Below, in pieces: positions 20,789 through 31,165 of a stretch of 64,000 bases of DNA (positions are counted from its first letter, which is position 1; each line of letters starts with the position of its first letter). The translations under genes and the position numbers were made by a program. The notes under the pieces were generated by a model. That model was not told where the DNA came from, made no database searches, and saw only the letters and a list, made by a program, of their open reading frames with translations. The DNA comes from Planctomycetota bacterium (lineage in GTDB: Bacteria > Planctomycetota > UBA1135 > UBA2386). Location: NCBI GenBank assembly GCA_965223545.1, contig OZ245006.1:640001-704000 (forward strand). Direction: 5' to 3'.

Positions 20789-22333
20789 GTGTCGTCCTCC
20801 AGCCCCCCTGCCACCCACCCGCTGCACGCCCGGCGCGACGCCGCGCTGGTGGTGGCGTTCCAGGTGGCGATGCTGGTCGGTTTCGACGCGCACATCGACC
20901 TGCAGCTCGCCGATGAGGTGATCTACCAGGAGCAGGGCCATGCGCTGCTGCGCGGTGAGCCCGAGGCCAAGATGCTCGGCTACGGACCGGTCTACTCGCC
21001 GTTGTACGCGCTGGTGCAGCTGTTCCCGCTGCGCGGCGCGGAGGTGCAGGACGCGGTCACGTGGATCACCGGGATCGGCGGGCCGCTCGCGCTGTGGTGG
21101 GCGCTGCGGGGCTTCGCCGGCCCGGTGGCGGCAGTCCTCGGCGCGGCGTGGTGGGGCGGCGCTCCGCTGGTCATCGGCTTCCCGGTGCGCATCTACGTCT
21201 TCACCGCGATCTTCTGGCTGCTCGCGCTCGGTGCGGTGGCGCGGGGGCGGACGACGCTGGCCCTGACCCTGCTGGCGGTGGCCGCCTTCAACCGGCTGGA
21301 GCACCTCCCCTGGCTCGGCCTGGCGGGCGTACTGGTGGCCGTGCACGGCTGGCGCACGCGCGGGCGCCGGGCCGGGCTGCGCGGCGTGCTGTTCGCCGCG
21401 ATCGCGGCCGGCCTGATGGTGACGCTCACCACGTCGCCGTCTGCCCGACAGCACTCTTGGCTCGCGTTCCAAGACCACTACGCCGGCCATGCCGCCTCCC
21501 CCCCGGGCCAGCCGCCGCGCATCAGCACCCCGCTCGCGCAGCAGCGGCAGGTCGTGGCCCGGGACTTCGGCGCCGCCGATTCGGTCCTCGCCGCCGGCCG
21601 CGCCAACCCGGGCGCCCTGGCGCGGCACGTGCTGCGCAACGCCGGCTTCGTACCGAGCAACATCGCGGAGAATCTGACGACGCCATGGCGGCACGCGCCG
21701 CTGGTCCGTTGGGGCGCCCTGCTCCTCGTCGGCCTCCTCGCCCTCGCCGGTCTCGGGCGCAGCCGAATCCCGATCTCGGCCGACGCACATCTCCTGCTGT
21801 GGTCGGCCTGGGCCGTGGTGCCGGGCCTGCTGTTGGTCTATCCGCGCTCGGGATTCGTCCTGGCGGCGTCCCTGTCGTTGCTGATCGCCGTCATGCGCGC
21901 CGCCGACGCCGGCGCGGCGGCGGTCGCGCGGGCGCTGCCACGCAGAGCGGCGCACGCCATGGCCGGCGCGGCGTTGGTCGCGCCTCTGCTGTTTGCCGCG
22001 GCCGTTGGCGGCCCCCACCGGCAGGCACCGGCGAGCAGCTGTCCCGGCCGCGACGCGATCCGAGTGCTGCAGCGGGCCGCGATCGACAGCCATGATCGGG
22101 TGGGCGGCAGTGCCGCCCACGGGCTGCTGCGGCTCGCCAACCTCGATGCGGTGCCCGTCGGGTTGAACGCCACCGCCGCCTCGCCCCTCGACGCCGACTG
22201 GGTGTTGCTGTGCGCCTGGGACATCGGCTCGCCCGCCGAGGCGGCGGCACTCGTCCAGCTCGGCGGCGAACACTGGCGCCTCGTCGACGCCGGCTGGAGC
22301 ACGTCGCTGTTTCGCCGCGAGGTCGACCGGTGA
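20789..22333 (+). CDS. Multi-TM membrane protein, possible GT-C-type glycosyltransferase
   Basis: About 9-10 hydrophobic segments; LADEVIY (DE) motif after TM1; start uncertain (GTG 20789 preferred over 20717). Confidence 0.65.
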   Translation: MSSSSPPATHPLHARRDAALVVAFQVAMLVGFDAHIDLQLADEVIYQEQGHALLRGEPEAKMLGYGPVYSPLYALVQLFPLRGAEVQDAVTWITGIGGPLALWWALRGFAGPVAAVLGAAWWGGAPLVIGFPVRIYVFTAIFWLLALGAVARGRTTLALTLLAVAAFNRLEHLPWLGLAGVLVAVHGWRTRGRRAGLRGVLFAAIAAGLMVTLTTSPSARQHSWLAFQDHYAGHAASPPGQPPRISTPLAQQRQVVARDFGAADSVLAAGRANPGALARHVLRNAGFVPSNIAENLTTPWRHAPLVRWGALLLVGLLALAGLGRSRIPISADAHLLLWSAWAVVPGLLLVYPRSGFVLAASLSLLIAVMRAADAGAAAVARALPRRAAHAMAGAALVAPLLFAAAVGGPHRQAPASSCPGRDAIRVLQRAAIDSHDRVGGSAAHGLLRLANLDAVPVGLNATAASPLDADWVLLCAWDIGSPAEAAALVQLGGEHWRLVDAGWSTSLFRREVDR

Positions 22334-22761
22334 GGCACGAGCTCGGCACGCACATCGTCGCCGTGGCGGCCGCCGCACTCGCGCTCTTCTCGGCGACCCG
22401 TCCGTTTCCGCTGCGCGTGTGGATCGAAGATCCCGACCCGCTGCGCTGCCGCTCTGGCCACTACGGGGCCACGCTGCAGACCCCGCCCGACGCCGATATC
22501 GTGACTGCCCTCATCGACGAGCTCGACCACGCCGACCGCCGCGCCTTGGCGATCACCGCTCTCGGCCAGCTCGGCGCAGCGGCCCACGCCGCGACGGCGC
22601 CGCTGGCCCGGGTCGCCGGAACACTGTCCGGCCTGGAGCTGGCGCGCGCCGTGCTCTCCCTGCGCCGCATCTCGACTCCCGCGGACGAAGCGCTGCTGGG
22701 TCCCGTGCTGGAACGGGCTGCGCGGGATGCCCACCCGCTAGCGCGGCAGACAGCGCGCTGA
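22330..22761 (+). CDS. Small hypothetical protein with N-terminal hydrophobic segment and HEAT-like repeats (possibly truncated)
   Basis: GTGA overlap with the upstream gene; ALAITALGQLG and DAHPLARQTA HEAT-like motifs. Confidence 0.5.
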   Translation: MRHELGTHIVAVAAAALALFSATRPFPLRVWIEDPDPLRCRSGHYGATLQTPPDADIVTALIDELDHADRRALAITALGQLGAAAHAATAPLARVAGTLSGLELARAVLSLRRISTPADEALLGPVLERAARDAHPLARQTAR

Positions 22762-22779
22762 ATGCACCGCCGCGGCGAC

Positions 22780-23514
22780 CTACAGGTCCATGCGGTTGGC
22801 GCCGCCCTCGGCGACCAGATTGCTGGCGCGGCGCAGCGAGTCGAAGGTGCCGGCGTCGGTCCACCAGCCACTCAAGACGTCGCACGTCATCGTGCCTTCT
22901 TCGATGAAGGCGTTGTTGACGTCGGTGATCTCAAGCTCGCCGCGCGCCGACGGCTTGAGCGCGCGCGCCTTGTCGAAGGCGGATGCGTCGAACATGTAGA
23001 TGCCGATCACCGCGAGGTTGGACTCGGGCTGCTCGGGCTTCTCGACGATCTCCTTGACGACGCCGTCCTCGACGCTCGCCACGCCGAAGCGCTCGGGATC
23101 GGGCACCTCCTTGAGCATGATCTTCGCCCCGCGCTCTTGTCGCTCGAAGTCCTCGACCGCCCCGCGGATGTTGCCCTCGATCAGGTTGTCGCCGAGCACG
23201 ACGACGAACTTGTCGCCGTCGACGAAGTGCTCACACAGCTTCAGCGCGTCGGCGATTCCGCCCTCGCCGCGCTGGTAGGTGTAGCTGAGGTCCTTGAGGC
23301 CGAAGTCGGCGCCGTTGCCCAGCAGCTGCAGGAAGTGACCGGCGCTGTTGCCGCCGGTCACGATCTGGATGTCGGAGATGCCGGCGTTGACCAGACACTG
23401 GATCGGGTAGTGGATCATCGGCCGGTCGAAGACCGGCAGCAGATGCTTGTTGGTGACGCGGGTCAGCGGCAGCAGCCGGGTTCCCAACCCACCGGCGAGG
23501 ACGACACCCTTCAT
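22780..23514 (-). CDS. rmlA: Glucose-1-phosphate thymidylyltransferase (short, SpsI-like)
   Basis: LAGGLGTRLLPLT, KHLLPVFDRPMI, LGDNL, PSARGELEITD, WTDAGT. Confidence 0.95.
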   Translation of the reverse strand: MKGVVLAGGLGTRLLPLTRVTNKHLLPVFDRPMIHYPIQCLVNAGISDIQIVTGGNSAGHFLQLLGNGADFGLKDLSYTYQRGEGGIADALKLCEHFVDGDKFVVVLGDNLIEGNIRGAVEDFERQERGAKIMLKEVPDPERFGVASVEDGVVKEIVEKPEQPESNLAVIGIYMFDASAFDKARALKPSARGELEITDVNNAFIEEGTMTCDVLSGWWTDAGTFDSLRRASNLVAEGGANRMDL

Positions 23515-24461
23515 GCGTAGCTACTCCGGTACCAGTCGTAGGTGTGGCGCAGACCCTCGGCGAACGAGACCTGCGGCTCGAACTGCAACAGGTCGCGTGC
23601 CCTCTGCACGTCGGCCATGCTGTGGAACACGTCGCCGGCGCGCGCCGGAGCGAACTCAGGCTCGACGTCGACGCCGGCGTACTGAACGATCTCGTCGAGG
23701 AGCTGGCGCACCGAGTAGCAGCCGCCGCAGGCGATGTTGACCACCTCGCAGCCCTCGGTCTGCGCCTCCATCGCCAAACGACAGCCGAGCGCGATGTCGC
23801 TGACGTAGGTGAAGTCGCGGGTCTGTTCGCCAGTGCCGTCGATCCGCGGCCGCGCACCTTGGCCGGAGCGCAGCACGGCGAGGCAGAACGCGGCGACGAC
23901 GCCGGAGTACGGGCTGTCGGGCACCTGTCGCGGTCCGAAGACGTTGAAGAAGCGCGTCACCACGGTGGGCAAGCCGTAGACGAACGAGAACGAGCGGCAG
24001 TAGAGCTCGGCCGCCAGCTTGGTCGCACCGTACGGGGACTGCGGGTTCTCGCGGACTTCCTCGTGCTTGGCCGGCGTCTCATCGTCGCCGTAGGCGGAAG
24101 ACGAGCCGGCGTAGACCACCTTCAACCCGTGCTCGCGGGCGGCGTTGAGGACGTGGATCGTGCCGGTGACGTTGTGCTCGTGCGACTCGAGCGGATGCTC
24201 GACACTGCGCACCACGGACGGAATGGCGGCGAGATGGAACACGCCGCTGGCGCCTTTGACCGCGCGCGCGACGTCGTCCGTCGAGGTGACCGACCCCTCG
24301 ACGACGACCAGGTCGCCCTGCAGCCCCGCGAGGTTGTCGCGATGACCGGACGAGAAGTTGTCCAAGACCGTGACGCCATACCCGTGCTCGAGCAGGTGGG
24401 CCGTCAGATGCGAGCCGATGAAACCGGCACCGCCGGTGACGACGAAGCGTGGATCAGGCAT
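23511..24461 (-). CDS. NAD-dependent UDP-sugar 4-epimerase (WbpP/GalE-like extended SDR)
   Basis: [50 protein letters not shown]. Confidence 0.92.
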   Translation of the reverse strand: MPDPRFVVTGGAGFIGSHLTAHLLEHGYGVTVLDNFSSGHRDNLAGLQGDLVVVEGSVTSTDDVARAVKGASGVFHLAAIPSVVRSVEHPLESHEHNVTGTIHVLNAAREHGLKVVYAGSSSAYGDDETPAKHEEVRENPQSPYGATKLAAELYCRSFSFVYGLPTVVTRFFNVFGPRQVPDSPYSGVVAAFCLAVLRSGQGARPRIDGTGEQTRDFTYVSDIALGCRLAMEAQTEGCEVVNIACGGCYSVRQLLDEIVQYAGVDVEPEFAPARAGDVFHSMADVQRARDLLQFEPQVSFAEGLRHTYDWYRSSYA

Positions 24462-24590
24462 GGAGAGTATCGGGATTTCGGACGTGGATCGGGCTCCTCG
24501 AGCGTCCCGCCCGCGGCCGCCAGCCGCTCCAATCGCGGCGGCGACACCTCACCATCGACGGTTTCGACCGTCAAGGTGTAATCGGGCACC

Positions 24591-25535
24591 TCAGGCCAAC
24601 CGCTGCTTGAAGTACTCGGCGGTGCGCTGCAGACCCGTTTCGAGGTCGATCTTCGGCTCCCAATCCAGCACCCGCTTGGCCTTGCCGATGTCGGGCCGGC
24701 GCTGCTTGGGGTCGTCCTGCGGCAGTGGCTTGTTGACGAATTTGGAGCTCGACCCGGTGACCCGCAGCACGTGCTCGCCGAACTCGCGGATCGTCATCTC
24801 GCGCGGGTTGCCGATGTTGGTGGGCTCGGTCTCATCGCTGTGCAACAGCCGCAAGATGCCCTCCACCAAGTCATCGACGAAGCAGAAGCTGCGCGTCTGG
24901 TTGCCGTCGCCGAACAAGGTCAGATCCTCGCCGCGCAGCGCTTGGCCCATGAACGAGGGCAACACGCGCCCGTCGTCCAGCCGCATGCGCGGCCCGTAGG
25001 TGTTGAAGATCCGCACGATCCGCGTCTCCACACCGTGGTAGCGGTGATAGGCCATCGTCATCGCCTCGGCGAAGCGCTTGGCCTCGTCGTAGACGCCGCG
25101 CGGGCCCACCGGGTTGACGTTGCCCCAGTAGTCCTCGGTCTGCGGGTGCACGAGTGGGTCGCCGTACACCTCGCTGGTGCTCGCCAACAACAGCCGCGCC
25201 CGCTTCTCCCGCGCCAACCCGAGCGCCTTGTGCGTGCCGAGGCTGCCGACCTTGAGCGTCTGAATGGGTAGCTCGAGGTAGTCGATCGGGCTCGCCGGCG
25301 AGGCGAAGTGCAGGATGTAGCCGAGCGGACCCGAGACGTGGATGTACTCGGTGACGTCTTGTCGGACGAAGCTGAAGTTCTCGTGCCCCATCATCGCCTC
25401 GACGTTGTCGAGGTTGCCGGTCACCAGGTTGTCCATGCAGACGACCTGGTAGCCGCCGTCGAGGAGGCGCTCGCAGAGGTGCGATCCAATGAAGCCGGCC
25501 CCACCGGTGACGAGCGCGCGCTTGGGTAGAGTCAT
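24591..25535 (-). CDS. uxs: UDP-glucuronate decarboxylase (UDP-xylose synthase)
   Basis: [44 protein letters not shown]. Confidence 0.95.
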   Translation of the reverse strand: MTLPKRALVTGGAGFIGSHLCERLLDGGYQVVCMDNLVTGNLDNVEAMMGHENFSFVRQDVTEYIHVSGPLGYILHFASPASPIDYLELPIQTLKVGSLGTHKALGLAREKRARLLLASTSEVYGDPLVHPQTEDYWGNVNPVGPRGVYDEAKRFAEAMTMAYHRYHGVETRIVRIFNTYGPRMRLDDGRVLPSFMGQALRGEDLTLFGDGNQTRSFCFVDDLVEGILRLLHSDETEPTNIGNPREMTIREFGEHVLRVTGSSSKFVNKPLPQDDPKQRRPDIGKAKRVLDWEPKIDLETGLQRTAEYFKQRLA

Positions 25536-26605
25536 GGGTGATTCTCAGGGAAAACGGCACCAGCCAGGGGATCGAGTGTGACCACCGTCCCGGCTTCGAT
25601 CCGGAACCGCGCCCCCGACCACACCACCGCGCCCTCACCTTCGCCGTGCACTTCGAGCCGAGGCGCCCGCGGTTCCGTGCGCACCGCGCCTTCGAGATCG
25701 AGCGCGGCAGGCAAGAACCGCTGGCTCGGTTTGTCGGTCAGGATCGCCAATCGATGCGCGGAAGGCAACTCCACGCTGCCGCCGCGCATGTGCAATCTCG
25801 CGGCGGCCGGCCCGTAGTTGTAGACCGTGCCGCGACCGCGCTCCGCCTCGAGGTACATCGAGCAGCCGGCGGCCTCGAGCACCGAACCGTCCGGCAGCAT
25901 GGCGCGGACCGGGCGCGTCTTGGTCTCCAGCGTCAGGTGGCGCAGGCGCTCGATGCCGAGCTCGACCTGCACGTCGCCGAGCCGGTCGATCCTTACCCGC
26001 GCCGGACCGGATGAACGCAGCTGTCCACCGTCGTGGAACACCAGCTGGAACTCACCGCGCCGCCGGACCTCCATCACCGCGCCGACGCGCAGGACGCGCA
26101 GCTTGTCGTAGAACGCCAGCGGTACGAACGCGGTGTCGTCGGCGGCCAACAGCCAGACGCGGTCTTCCAACCGAGCCAAGACGGCGACGTCCGGCGCCGC
26201 CTGCTCGCCGAGCTCGCGCCCCACCCACGACGGCCAACCGCCAGTGGGCGCCGCGGCGATCCGGCGCAGCAAGTCCAGGCCCTCGGTCAGCCCGACGCCC
26301 GCGGCGAGGTCACCGCCATCCGCGCGCCCAAAGGTCCCCGGGGGGTAGGTCGGCGTCGCCGGGTACGGAGCGTACACCGAGCTCAAGCCCTGAAACCCCG
26401 GCACCAGCACGCGCTCGCCCGGCGCCAACGGCACCCCCGGGATCGGCTCCGGCACCTGCGCCTCGCGCCGGCCCAGGAGCCGCTCGAAGGGCATGCGCAC
26501 CTGAGCCGGCGCGCTCGCCACGAGACCGGCGACACAGCACAGGACGAGGGCGCTGCGCGCTCCGCGCGAGCGCGCCGACAGGTTGGAGTCGAGCATCAAA
26601 GCCAT
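25532..26605 (-). CDS. Hypothetical secreted protein, beta-rich C-terminal half (possibly FecR-like)
   Basis: Signal-like [19 protein letters not shown] overlap with uxs; start probably ATG 26605 or 26596. Confidence 0.65.
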   Translation of the reverse strand: MALMLDSNLSARSRGARSALVLCCVAGLVASAPAQVRMPFERLLGRREAQVPEPIPGVPLAPGERVLVPGFQGLSSVYAPYPATPTYPPGTFGRADGGDLAAGVGLTEGLDLLRRIAAAPTGGWPSWVGRELGEQAAPDVAVLARLEDRVWLLAADDTAFVPLAFYDKLRVLRVGAVMEVRRRGEFQLVFHDGGQLRSSGPARVRIDRLGDVQVELGIERLRHLTLETKTRPVRAMLPDGSVLEAAGCSMYLEAERGRGTVYNYGPAAARLHMRGGSVELPSAHRLAILTDKPSQRFLPAALDLEGAVRTEPRAPRLEVHGEGEGAVVWSGARFRIEAGTVVTLDPLAGAVFPENHP

Positions 26606-26727
26606 GGATCGCAACAAGCGGTCGGTGAGGGGCCGCCGCGCGCCCGCCGACCCCGGGTCGCTGCGCAGCTTAGCCCGCAGCGCCGCCGACGCCACCGCCA
26701 AGCGGCGCGGGCCGCCGGCGCACCGCG

Positions 26728-27396
26728 TCACGTGCCATCGGTTTGGCCGAGGGGATCGTCGTCGATCGGGTACTGCGGGCCGGTGAACGGCGCCCGCTCC
26801 TCTTCCGCGGGCGGGGTCTTGGGCCGCGGCGGCAACTTGCCGGAGAAGCCGACGAACTCGATCTCGAAATCGGTGCGCATTCCCTCGGCCGGCCGCACCA
26901 TCTCGGCGTAGCGCGTCGCCAGCGCGGCGCGCAGTCGCCGACTGGTGTCCTGCAGGGCGACGCCATCGGGCGCCTGAAAGAACGCCCGCACCACGATCCG
27001 CTTGAGCCCGCCCGACTCGACCGAGACCCGCAGCCGCGTCACCTCGTCGAGCGCTTCGCCGGCATTGCGCAAGCCGGTCTCCAACGCCTCGCGCGCGACG
27101 CGGACCACCCCGCCGGAGGCGTGGCTGGCGACGTAGCGCAGCGGCTCCTTAGGCCGCCTCCCGTAGAGGAAATACAGCAGGTTGAGCACCAACAACAACG
27201 CCGCGCCGACGACGACCAGCTCGAGCCCGGCGTGGTCGCGGGCCGAGACCCTCACCTCCCCCTGCACCTCGTCGTAGACGCCGAACGTCGTCGGCCGCGC
27301 GTAGAACAGCACCACCGCCACCGCCGCCGCCAAGCCGAAAGCGGCGTCGGCGAAGAACACCAACCCGCGTCCCAAGCTCCGCACGTCGTGCGCCAC
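26728..27396 (-). CDS. Membrane protein resembling AmaP (alkaline shock/Asp23 membrane anchor)
   Basis: Two N-terminal TMs, then GVVRVAREALE...Asp23-like beta/alpha domain; directly downstream of accC. Confidence 0.6.
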   Translation of the reverse strand: MAHDVRSLGRGLVFFADAAFGLAAAVAVVLFYARPTTFGVYDEVQGEVRVSARDHAGLELVVVGAALLLVLNLLYFLYGRRPKEPLRYVASHASGGVVRVAREALETGLRNAGEALDEVTRLRVSVESGGLKRIVVRAFFQAPDGVALQDTSRRLRAALATRYAEMVRPAEGMRTDFEIEFVGFSGKLPPRPKTPPAEEERAPFTGPQYPIDDDPLGQTDGT

Positions 27397-27404
27397 CGCT
27401 GTTC

Positions 27405-28751
27405 CTATCGGCTCGAGAAGTAGCGATCGATGAAACCGGTGTCGATCTCACCGTTGATGAAGTCGGAGTGGTCCAGGATGCGCCGGTGCAACGGCACGGT
27501 CGTGGCGATGCCATCGAGGGTGATCTCGTCGAGGGCGCGCCGGGCGGTGGCGATCGCCTGGCGGCGTGTCGGCCGGTGCACGATGAGCTTGCCGACCATC
27601 GAGTCGTAGTTCGGCGGCACCGTGTAGCCCTGGTAGACGTGCGAGTCCCAGCGCACGCCGGGGCCGGACGGCGGGATGTAGGTGTGCACCGTTCCCGGTG
27701 ACGGCGCGAAGTTGCGGTCGGGGTCCTCGGCGTTGATGCGGAACTCGATGGCGTGGCCGCTGACCGCGATGTCCTCCTGGCGCAGCGCCAGGCGCTCCCC
27801 CGCCGCGATCCGGATCATCTCCTGAATCAGGTCGACGCCGGTGACCTCCTCGGTCACCGGATGCTCGACCTGGATCCGGGCGTTGATCTCGATGAAGTAG
27901 AACTCCTTGTTGCGGTCGAGCAGGAACTCGACCGTGCCCGCGGACCAATAGCCCGCCGCGCGCGCCAGCCGAATCGCCGCCTCCCCCATCCGGGCGCGGG
28001 TGGCCTCGTCGAGCACCGGACAGGGGCTCTCCTCGAGCAGCTTCTGGTGCCGGCGCTGCAGCGAGCAATCGCGCTCACCGAGATGGATCAGGTTGCCGTG
28101 CTGGTCGCCGAGGATCTGCACCTCGACGTGACGCGGCCGCTCGACGTACTTCTCGATGTAGACGGTGGCGTCGTTGAAGGCACCTTCGGCCTCGGCGCGC
28201 GCGGCGTGGAAGCCGCTGACCAAGCTGGCGTCGTTGTGGGCGACGCGCATTCCGCGGCCGCCGCCACCGGCGGCGGCCTTGATCAGCACCGGATAGCCGA
28301 TCCGCCGGGCGACGCCGACGGCATCGCTCTCGGATTCGACCGGCCCGCCACTGCCCGGCACGGTCGGCACCTCCGCGCGCTGCGCCAGCTCGATCGCCGC
28401 CACCTTGTCGCCGACCAGAGCGATGGTCTCGGCCGAGGGCCCGATGAACTTGATGTTGCAGGACTGGCACACCTCGACGAAGTGCGCGTTCTCCGACAAG
28501 AACCCGTAGCCGGGGTGCACTGCCTCGACGTCGGCGATCTCGGCCGCCGCGATCAGCGAGGGGATGTCGAGGTAGCTGGCGGTACTCGGCGCCGGGCCGA
28601 TGCAGACGGTCTCGTCGGCGTAGCGAAGGTGCAGCGAGCCCTTGTCCGCTTCGGAGTAGACGGCGACGGTCTCGATGCCCATCTCGCGCGCGGCGCGCAT
28701 GATGCGCAGCGCGATCTCGCCTCGATTGGCAATCAGGATGCGCCGGAACAT
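27405..28751 (-). CDS. accC: Acetyl-CoA carboxylase biotin carboxylase
   Basis: [57 protein letters not shown]. Confidence 0.98.
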   Translation of the reverse strand: MFRRILIANRGEIALRIMRAAREMGIETVAVYSEADKGSLHLRYADETVCIGPAPSTASYLDIPSLIAAAEIADVEAVHPGYGFLSENAHFVEVCQSCNIKFIGPSAETIALVGDKVAAIELAQRAEVPTVPGSGGPVESESDAVGVARRIGYPVLIKAAAGGGGRGMRVAHNDASLVSGFHAARAEAEGAFNDATVYIEKYVERPRHVEVQILGDQHGNLIHLGERDCSLQRRHQKLLEESPCPVLDEATRARMGEAAIRLARAAGYWSAGTVEFLLDRNKEFYFIEINARIQVEHPVTEEVTGVDLIQEMIRIAAGERLALRQEDIAVSGHAIEFRINAEDPDRNFAPSPGTVHTYIPPSGPGVRWDSHVYQGYTVPPNYDSMVGKLIVHRPTRRQAIATARRALDEITLDGIATTVPLHRRILDHSDFINGEIDTGFIDRYFSSR

Positions 28752-29380
28752 CAGACCTTGATGACGAACAGAGGCTGCCCGTAGTCGACCGGCTCACCGT
28801 TCTCGGCCAGGATCTCCACCACTTCGCCGGACATCTCGGCCTTGATCTCGTTCATCACCTTCATCGCTTCGATGATGCACAGCACCGAGTCCTGCGACAC
28901 CTGGTCGCCCGGCTTGGCGAACGGCTCCGCGTCGGGCGACGGCGCCCGATAGAAGGTGCCGACCATCGGCGACTTGAACACCTCGCCGGCGTAGCCGACC
29001 GGCGCCTCGGCGGCCGGCGCCTCGGCGCTGGCCGCCGACCCGACCGGGGCCGGCAGCGCCGGTGCGGAGTACGCCGGGGCCGGCAGGGCGACCGCCGGCC
29101 GATCCTCCTTGAGGCGGACGCGCAGCTTGTGGTCGGCGCCCTCGAGCTCGACCTCGACGGCGCCGTTCTGCACCATCACGTCGATGAGCCGACGCACCTG
29201 CTCGACCTGATCGCCCGCGCCCCGAGCGGCGCCGGTCTTCTTGCGCGCCGTTCGCTTGGCGGCCTTGGCCGGAGCGGCGGGTTTGCGCGCGCTCTTCTGC
29301 GGCGCCTTCTTCTTCGGCGCCTTCTTCGTCACCTTCTTCTTCGACCCCGCCTTCTTGGCGGTGGAACGTTTTGCTGCCAT
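28751..29380 (-). CDS. accB: Biotin carboxyl carrier protein with Lys-rich N-terminal extension
   Basis: [19 protein letters not shown], Pro/Ala linker; ATG at 29380. Confidence 0.95.
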   Translation of the reverse strand: MAAKRSTAKKAGSKKKVTKKAPKKKAPQKSARKPAAPAKAAKRTARKKTGAARGAGDQVEQVRRLIDVMVQNGAVEVELEGADHKLRVRLKEDRPAVALPAPAYSAPALPAPVGSAASAEAPAAEAPVGYAGEVFKSPMVGTFYRAPSPDAEPFAKPGDQVSQDSVLCIIEAMKVMNEIKAEMSGEVVEILAENGEPVDYGQPLFVIKV

Positions 29381-29442
29381 GGTGCGGACCTTGGACCCAA
29401 CGGGGACACGAGACGGAGTGCCGCCCCGGAGTGCTACGGCCG

Positions 29443-30441
29443 TCAGACCATCTCCGCTATCTGCACGGCATTCAAGGCCGCACCTTTGCGCAGCTGGTCG
29501 CCCGCCAGCCAAAACGCCAGCCCCGGATCGAACACGCGGCTGAGGCGCACGCGCCCCACCGCAACCTCGTCGCGGCCGGCGCGCTCGATCGGCTGCGGCA
29601 CCAGGCTGCGCGCGGGCTCGTCCTGGACGACCACGCCCTCGGCGGCACTCCACAGCGACCGCGCCTCCGCCACCGACAGGGGCCGCTGCAGCTCCACGCC
29701 GACGGCCTCGCTGTGGCAGCGCTCCACCGGCACGCGCACGCAGGTCGCCTCGACCGGCAGCGCGGGGAGACCGAGGATGCGCCGGGTCTCGAAGCACATC
29801 TTGTCCTCTTCTCTGGTGTAGCCGTCCGCCTCGAAGGAGTCGATCTGCGGAAACAGGTTGAACGCCAACGGGTGTGGCAACGGGTCCGCCGCCGGCGCGG
29901 GGCAGCCGTCCAGGTGCGCCCGCGCGCCCTCGCGCAGCACCGTCATCGCCCGCTCGCCGGCCCCCGAAGCGGCCTGATAGGTCGACACCACCACGCGGCG
30001 CACGCCGGCGGCGCGCTGCAACGGCCACAGCGCCAGCACCAACAAAATGGTCGAGCAGTTGGGGTTGGCGATCAGGCCGTCGTGCGCACGCAGCGCATCC
30101 GGGTTGACCTCGGGCACCACGAGCGGCACGTCCTCGTGGCGACGGAACGCCGAGCTGTTGTCGATGACGACCGCGCCGGCGCGCCGCGCGCGCGGCGCCA
30201 GCTCACGGCTGAGCGCGCTGCCCGCGGCCAGCAGGACGATGTCGTACGCGTTCCAGTCGGCCTGCGCGACGTCGACCACGCGGTGCTGCTCACCGGCGAA
30301 GGGCAGGCTCCGGCCGGCGCTGCGCGGCGATGCGAACAGCGCCAGCGAGCGCAGCGGCACCTCGCGCTGCGCCAACACCGCCAGCATCTCGCGGCCGACC
30401 GCACCGGTCGCGCCGACCACGGCGACCCGGCGCGGGGTCAC
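29443..30441 (-). CDS. asd: Aspartate-semialdehyde dehydrogenase
   Basis: [50 protein letters not shown] overlap with moaC. Confidence 0.97.
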   Translation of the reverse strand: MTPRRVAVVGATGAVGREMLAVLAQREVPLRSLALFASPRSAGRSLPFAGEQHRVVDVAQADWNAYDIVLLAAGSALSRELAPRARRAGAVVIDNSSAFRRHEDVPLVVPEVNPDALRAHDGLIANPNCSTILLVLALWPLQRAAGVRRVVVSTYQAASGAGERAMTVLREGARAHLDGCPAPAADPLPHPLAFNLFPQIDSFEADGYTREEDKMCFETRRILGLPALPVEATCVRVPVERCHSEAVGVELQRPLSVAEARSLWSAAEGVVVQDEPARSLVPQPIERAGRDEVAVGRVRLSRVFDPGLAFWLAGDQLRKGAALNAVQIAEMV

Positions 30442-30947
30442 GACGGCTCCGGTTCCCGCCGCCAGCTTCCCGACTTGCCGCCGTCCTTGCGCATCAGCTG
30501 CACCGCGGTGATCGTCATCCCGCGACAGCGCGCCTTGCACATGTCGTAGATGGTGAGGGCCGCGACCGACACCGCGGTCATCGCCTCCATCTCGACGCCG
30601 GTCGGGCCAATGGTGCGCGCCTCGGCCCACACCTCGATGCCGTCGTCGCCGATGGGAGTGAAGCCGACCTCGACGGCGGCGAGCGCCAGCGGGTGGCAGA
30701 GTGGAATCAGGCGCGCGGTCTCCTTGGCGGCTTGGATCCCGGCGACGCGCGCCACCGCCAGCACCTCGCCCTTGGGCAATTCGCCGGCCAGGACCGCCTG
30801 GCGCACCGCGGCGGTCATCTGCACCCGCGCCGACGCGCGCGCGGTGCGCGGAGACGCCGGTTTTTCCGAAACGTCCACCATCCGCGCCCGGCCGCGGTCG
30901 TCCAAATGTGTCAATTCGCCGGAATTCTCCGGAGGTTTACCGCTCAC
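30438..30947 (-). CDS. moaC: Cyclic pyranopterin monophosphate synthase
   Basis: LTHLD..GRARMVDVSEK, LIPLCHP, TGVEMEA, TIYDMCKA. Confidence 0.97.
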   Translation of the reverse strand: MSGKPPENSGELTHLDDRGRARMVDVSEKPASPRTARASARVQMTAAVRQAVLAGELPKGEVLAVARVAGIQAAKETARLIPLCHPLALAAVEVGFTPIGDDGIEVWAEARTIGPTGVEMEAMTAVSVAALTIYDMCKARCRGMTITAVQLMRKDGGKSGSWRREPEPS

Positions 30948-31165
30948 CGTGCGCAGGGTAACACGCCCGCGGGCGGCGGCAAGCACGGCGGCGCAAGGCC
31001 AGCGCGACCGGACGAATCCAGGCGACTGACCTGTCCCCTCGCCCGGGGCTGACGTATATCTCATCATCGACGGCCTCGAGCGACGGCTTGCCGGCCTTGA
31101 CCCCGACACGACCGTTCGCCGATCACCGAAGCAGGCCTGGACCATCCAAGCCCAACGGAGACCAA

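Noticed and set aside
18851..22378. 1175-aa ORF suggesting a giant RmlB fusion
   Set aside because: Only the last 338 aa are RmlB (ATG 19867). The rest is an Arg/Gly-rich off-frame or antisense read of rmlD and the membrane gene, as expected in high-GC DNA.
24404..24589. 61-aa ORF and small hairpin between uxs and the epimerase
   Set aside because: Overlaps the epimerase start, has no motif, and shows weak coding bias.
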